The notes below the pieces were generated by a model that was given only the letters and a program-made list of their open reading frames with translations, was not told where the DNA came from and searched no databases. DNA of 64,000 nucleotides. Source: Phyllosticta citribraziliensis. Taxonomy: Eukaryota. This document shows positions 63,109 through 64,000 of the stretch, piece by piece. The position numbers and the translations under genes are program-made. The stretch is from NCBI RefSeq assembly GCF_038025025.1, contig NW_027117340.1, positions 2,232,001 through 2,296,000 on the forward strand. Reading direction: 5' to 3'. Positions within the stretch are counted from its first letter, which is position 1; each line of letters starts with the position of its first letter.

Positions 63109-63673
63109 GCACGAGGTGCGTGATTGGGTCTATTCAGGTACAATTTCAATATTGGGGATCAGGATTGCAGCCGCCGCAAACAAGGCCAAGCGCGGACGTG
63201 GCATTATTACCGGCTCAGGTCTTGAGCGAGGTGATTCGATTCGCTGTATTCAATCCCAGAAGACGTTCTCGCAGGGACAAATCGGACCCGTTTGGCCAAC
63301 TAGAACCGCATCTGCTAGCCAGTGATGATGGGGGCTAAGATGCTGCTGGTGGGTGGAGGGCGCGGATGATACGCCAGCAATTGGACGCGGAGAGATGGTG
63401 CGAGCAATCTTTTCCCAAACGCATCTGCCCGCCTGACCGATATCTGATCCTGTTTGCAGAAGAGATCTACGCGTGATTATCTATCTTGTGTCGTGCCTGT
63501 TGTGAGCCCCGGTAGGAGAGCCGCAGTGCAATGCCTTTGGCTGGCGCGTCGTTTTTTCTCCTATATATCTCTGCCCGAAAGTCATCGTCTTTTCAGACCA
63601 GGCCAGACAGACTCGGACCGCCAGATAGCTTTGCCCTTGCTGTGGACAGCTGGCTTGCTTGCTTTTTCCAACC

Positions 63674-63958
63674 ATGACGCACCCTTCCTCGGGTCAAGTG
63701 CAGAAGCACAACCAACACCACCACGTTCAACACCACGGGCACCACGGGCACCACCAGCATCAACATCAACAGCATCATTCGCACCACTCGCACTACCACT
63801 GGCACGAGCACTACTCGTACCACCACCACTCGCACCACCAGCACCAGCATCACCAACACCAGCATCATCAGCATCAACACCATCAGGGCCACCAAAACAA
63901 CAGCAGCAACCATCATCACCAGCACTCCGCCCAGCAGCACCACCACAAGCACCACTAG
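63674..63958 (+). CDS. Candidate His/Gln-rich small protein (94 aa); reading frame and strand ambiguous
   Basis: ATG in CCAACCATG context, TATATA at about 63562, roughly half the residues His. A competing + frame (63460 to edge) and a - frame (edge to 63582) are also open. Confidence 0.35.
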   Translation: MTHPSSGQVQKHNQHHHVQHHGHHGHHQHQHQQHHSHHSHYHWHEHYSYHHHSHHQHQHHQHQHHQHQHHQGHQNNSSNHHHQHSAQQHHHKHH

Positions 63959-64000
63959 TTAGCACCGGCGCTAGCACTGGCAGCAGAAGACGCAGGACTG

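Overview
Eukaryotic DNA from a filamentous ascomycete (Pezizomycotina; Dothideomycete-like by protein style, which is inference). It has high GC, mostly short (about 48-60 nt) GT-AG introns with CTRAY branch points, and many microsatellites. About 22 protein-coding genes can be reconstructed by splicing by hand. In order: XRN1 (5' part, runs off the left edge), HAT2, a hypothetical, GTP cyclohydrolase I, CTK1/CDK12-like kinase, an intronless 164-aa orphan, a 601-aa S/P/R-rich hypothetical, an Mpp6-like zinc-knuckle protein, NDUFS6, YjbQ/UPF0047, a hypothetical, an MFS transporter, HRD3/SEL1L, a SnoaL-like cyclase, an amidase, Ran, NAS2, a DH-PH RhoGEF, RTC3/SBDS-like, a membrane RING-H2 ligase and ADA3, plus an ambiguous His-rich ORF at the right edge. 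No prokaryotic features, rRNA, intact tRNA, transposon ORFs or CRISPR arrays were seen. The best leads are a 12-copy DPR array in Ctk1, two long gene-free regions (15.4-21.3 kb and 23.6-31 kb) with modal-length intron signatures and shared motifs but no credible ORF, the orphan gene, and several non-canonical splice sites. All function calls come from recognised motifs; no searches were run.
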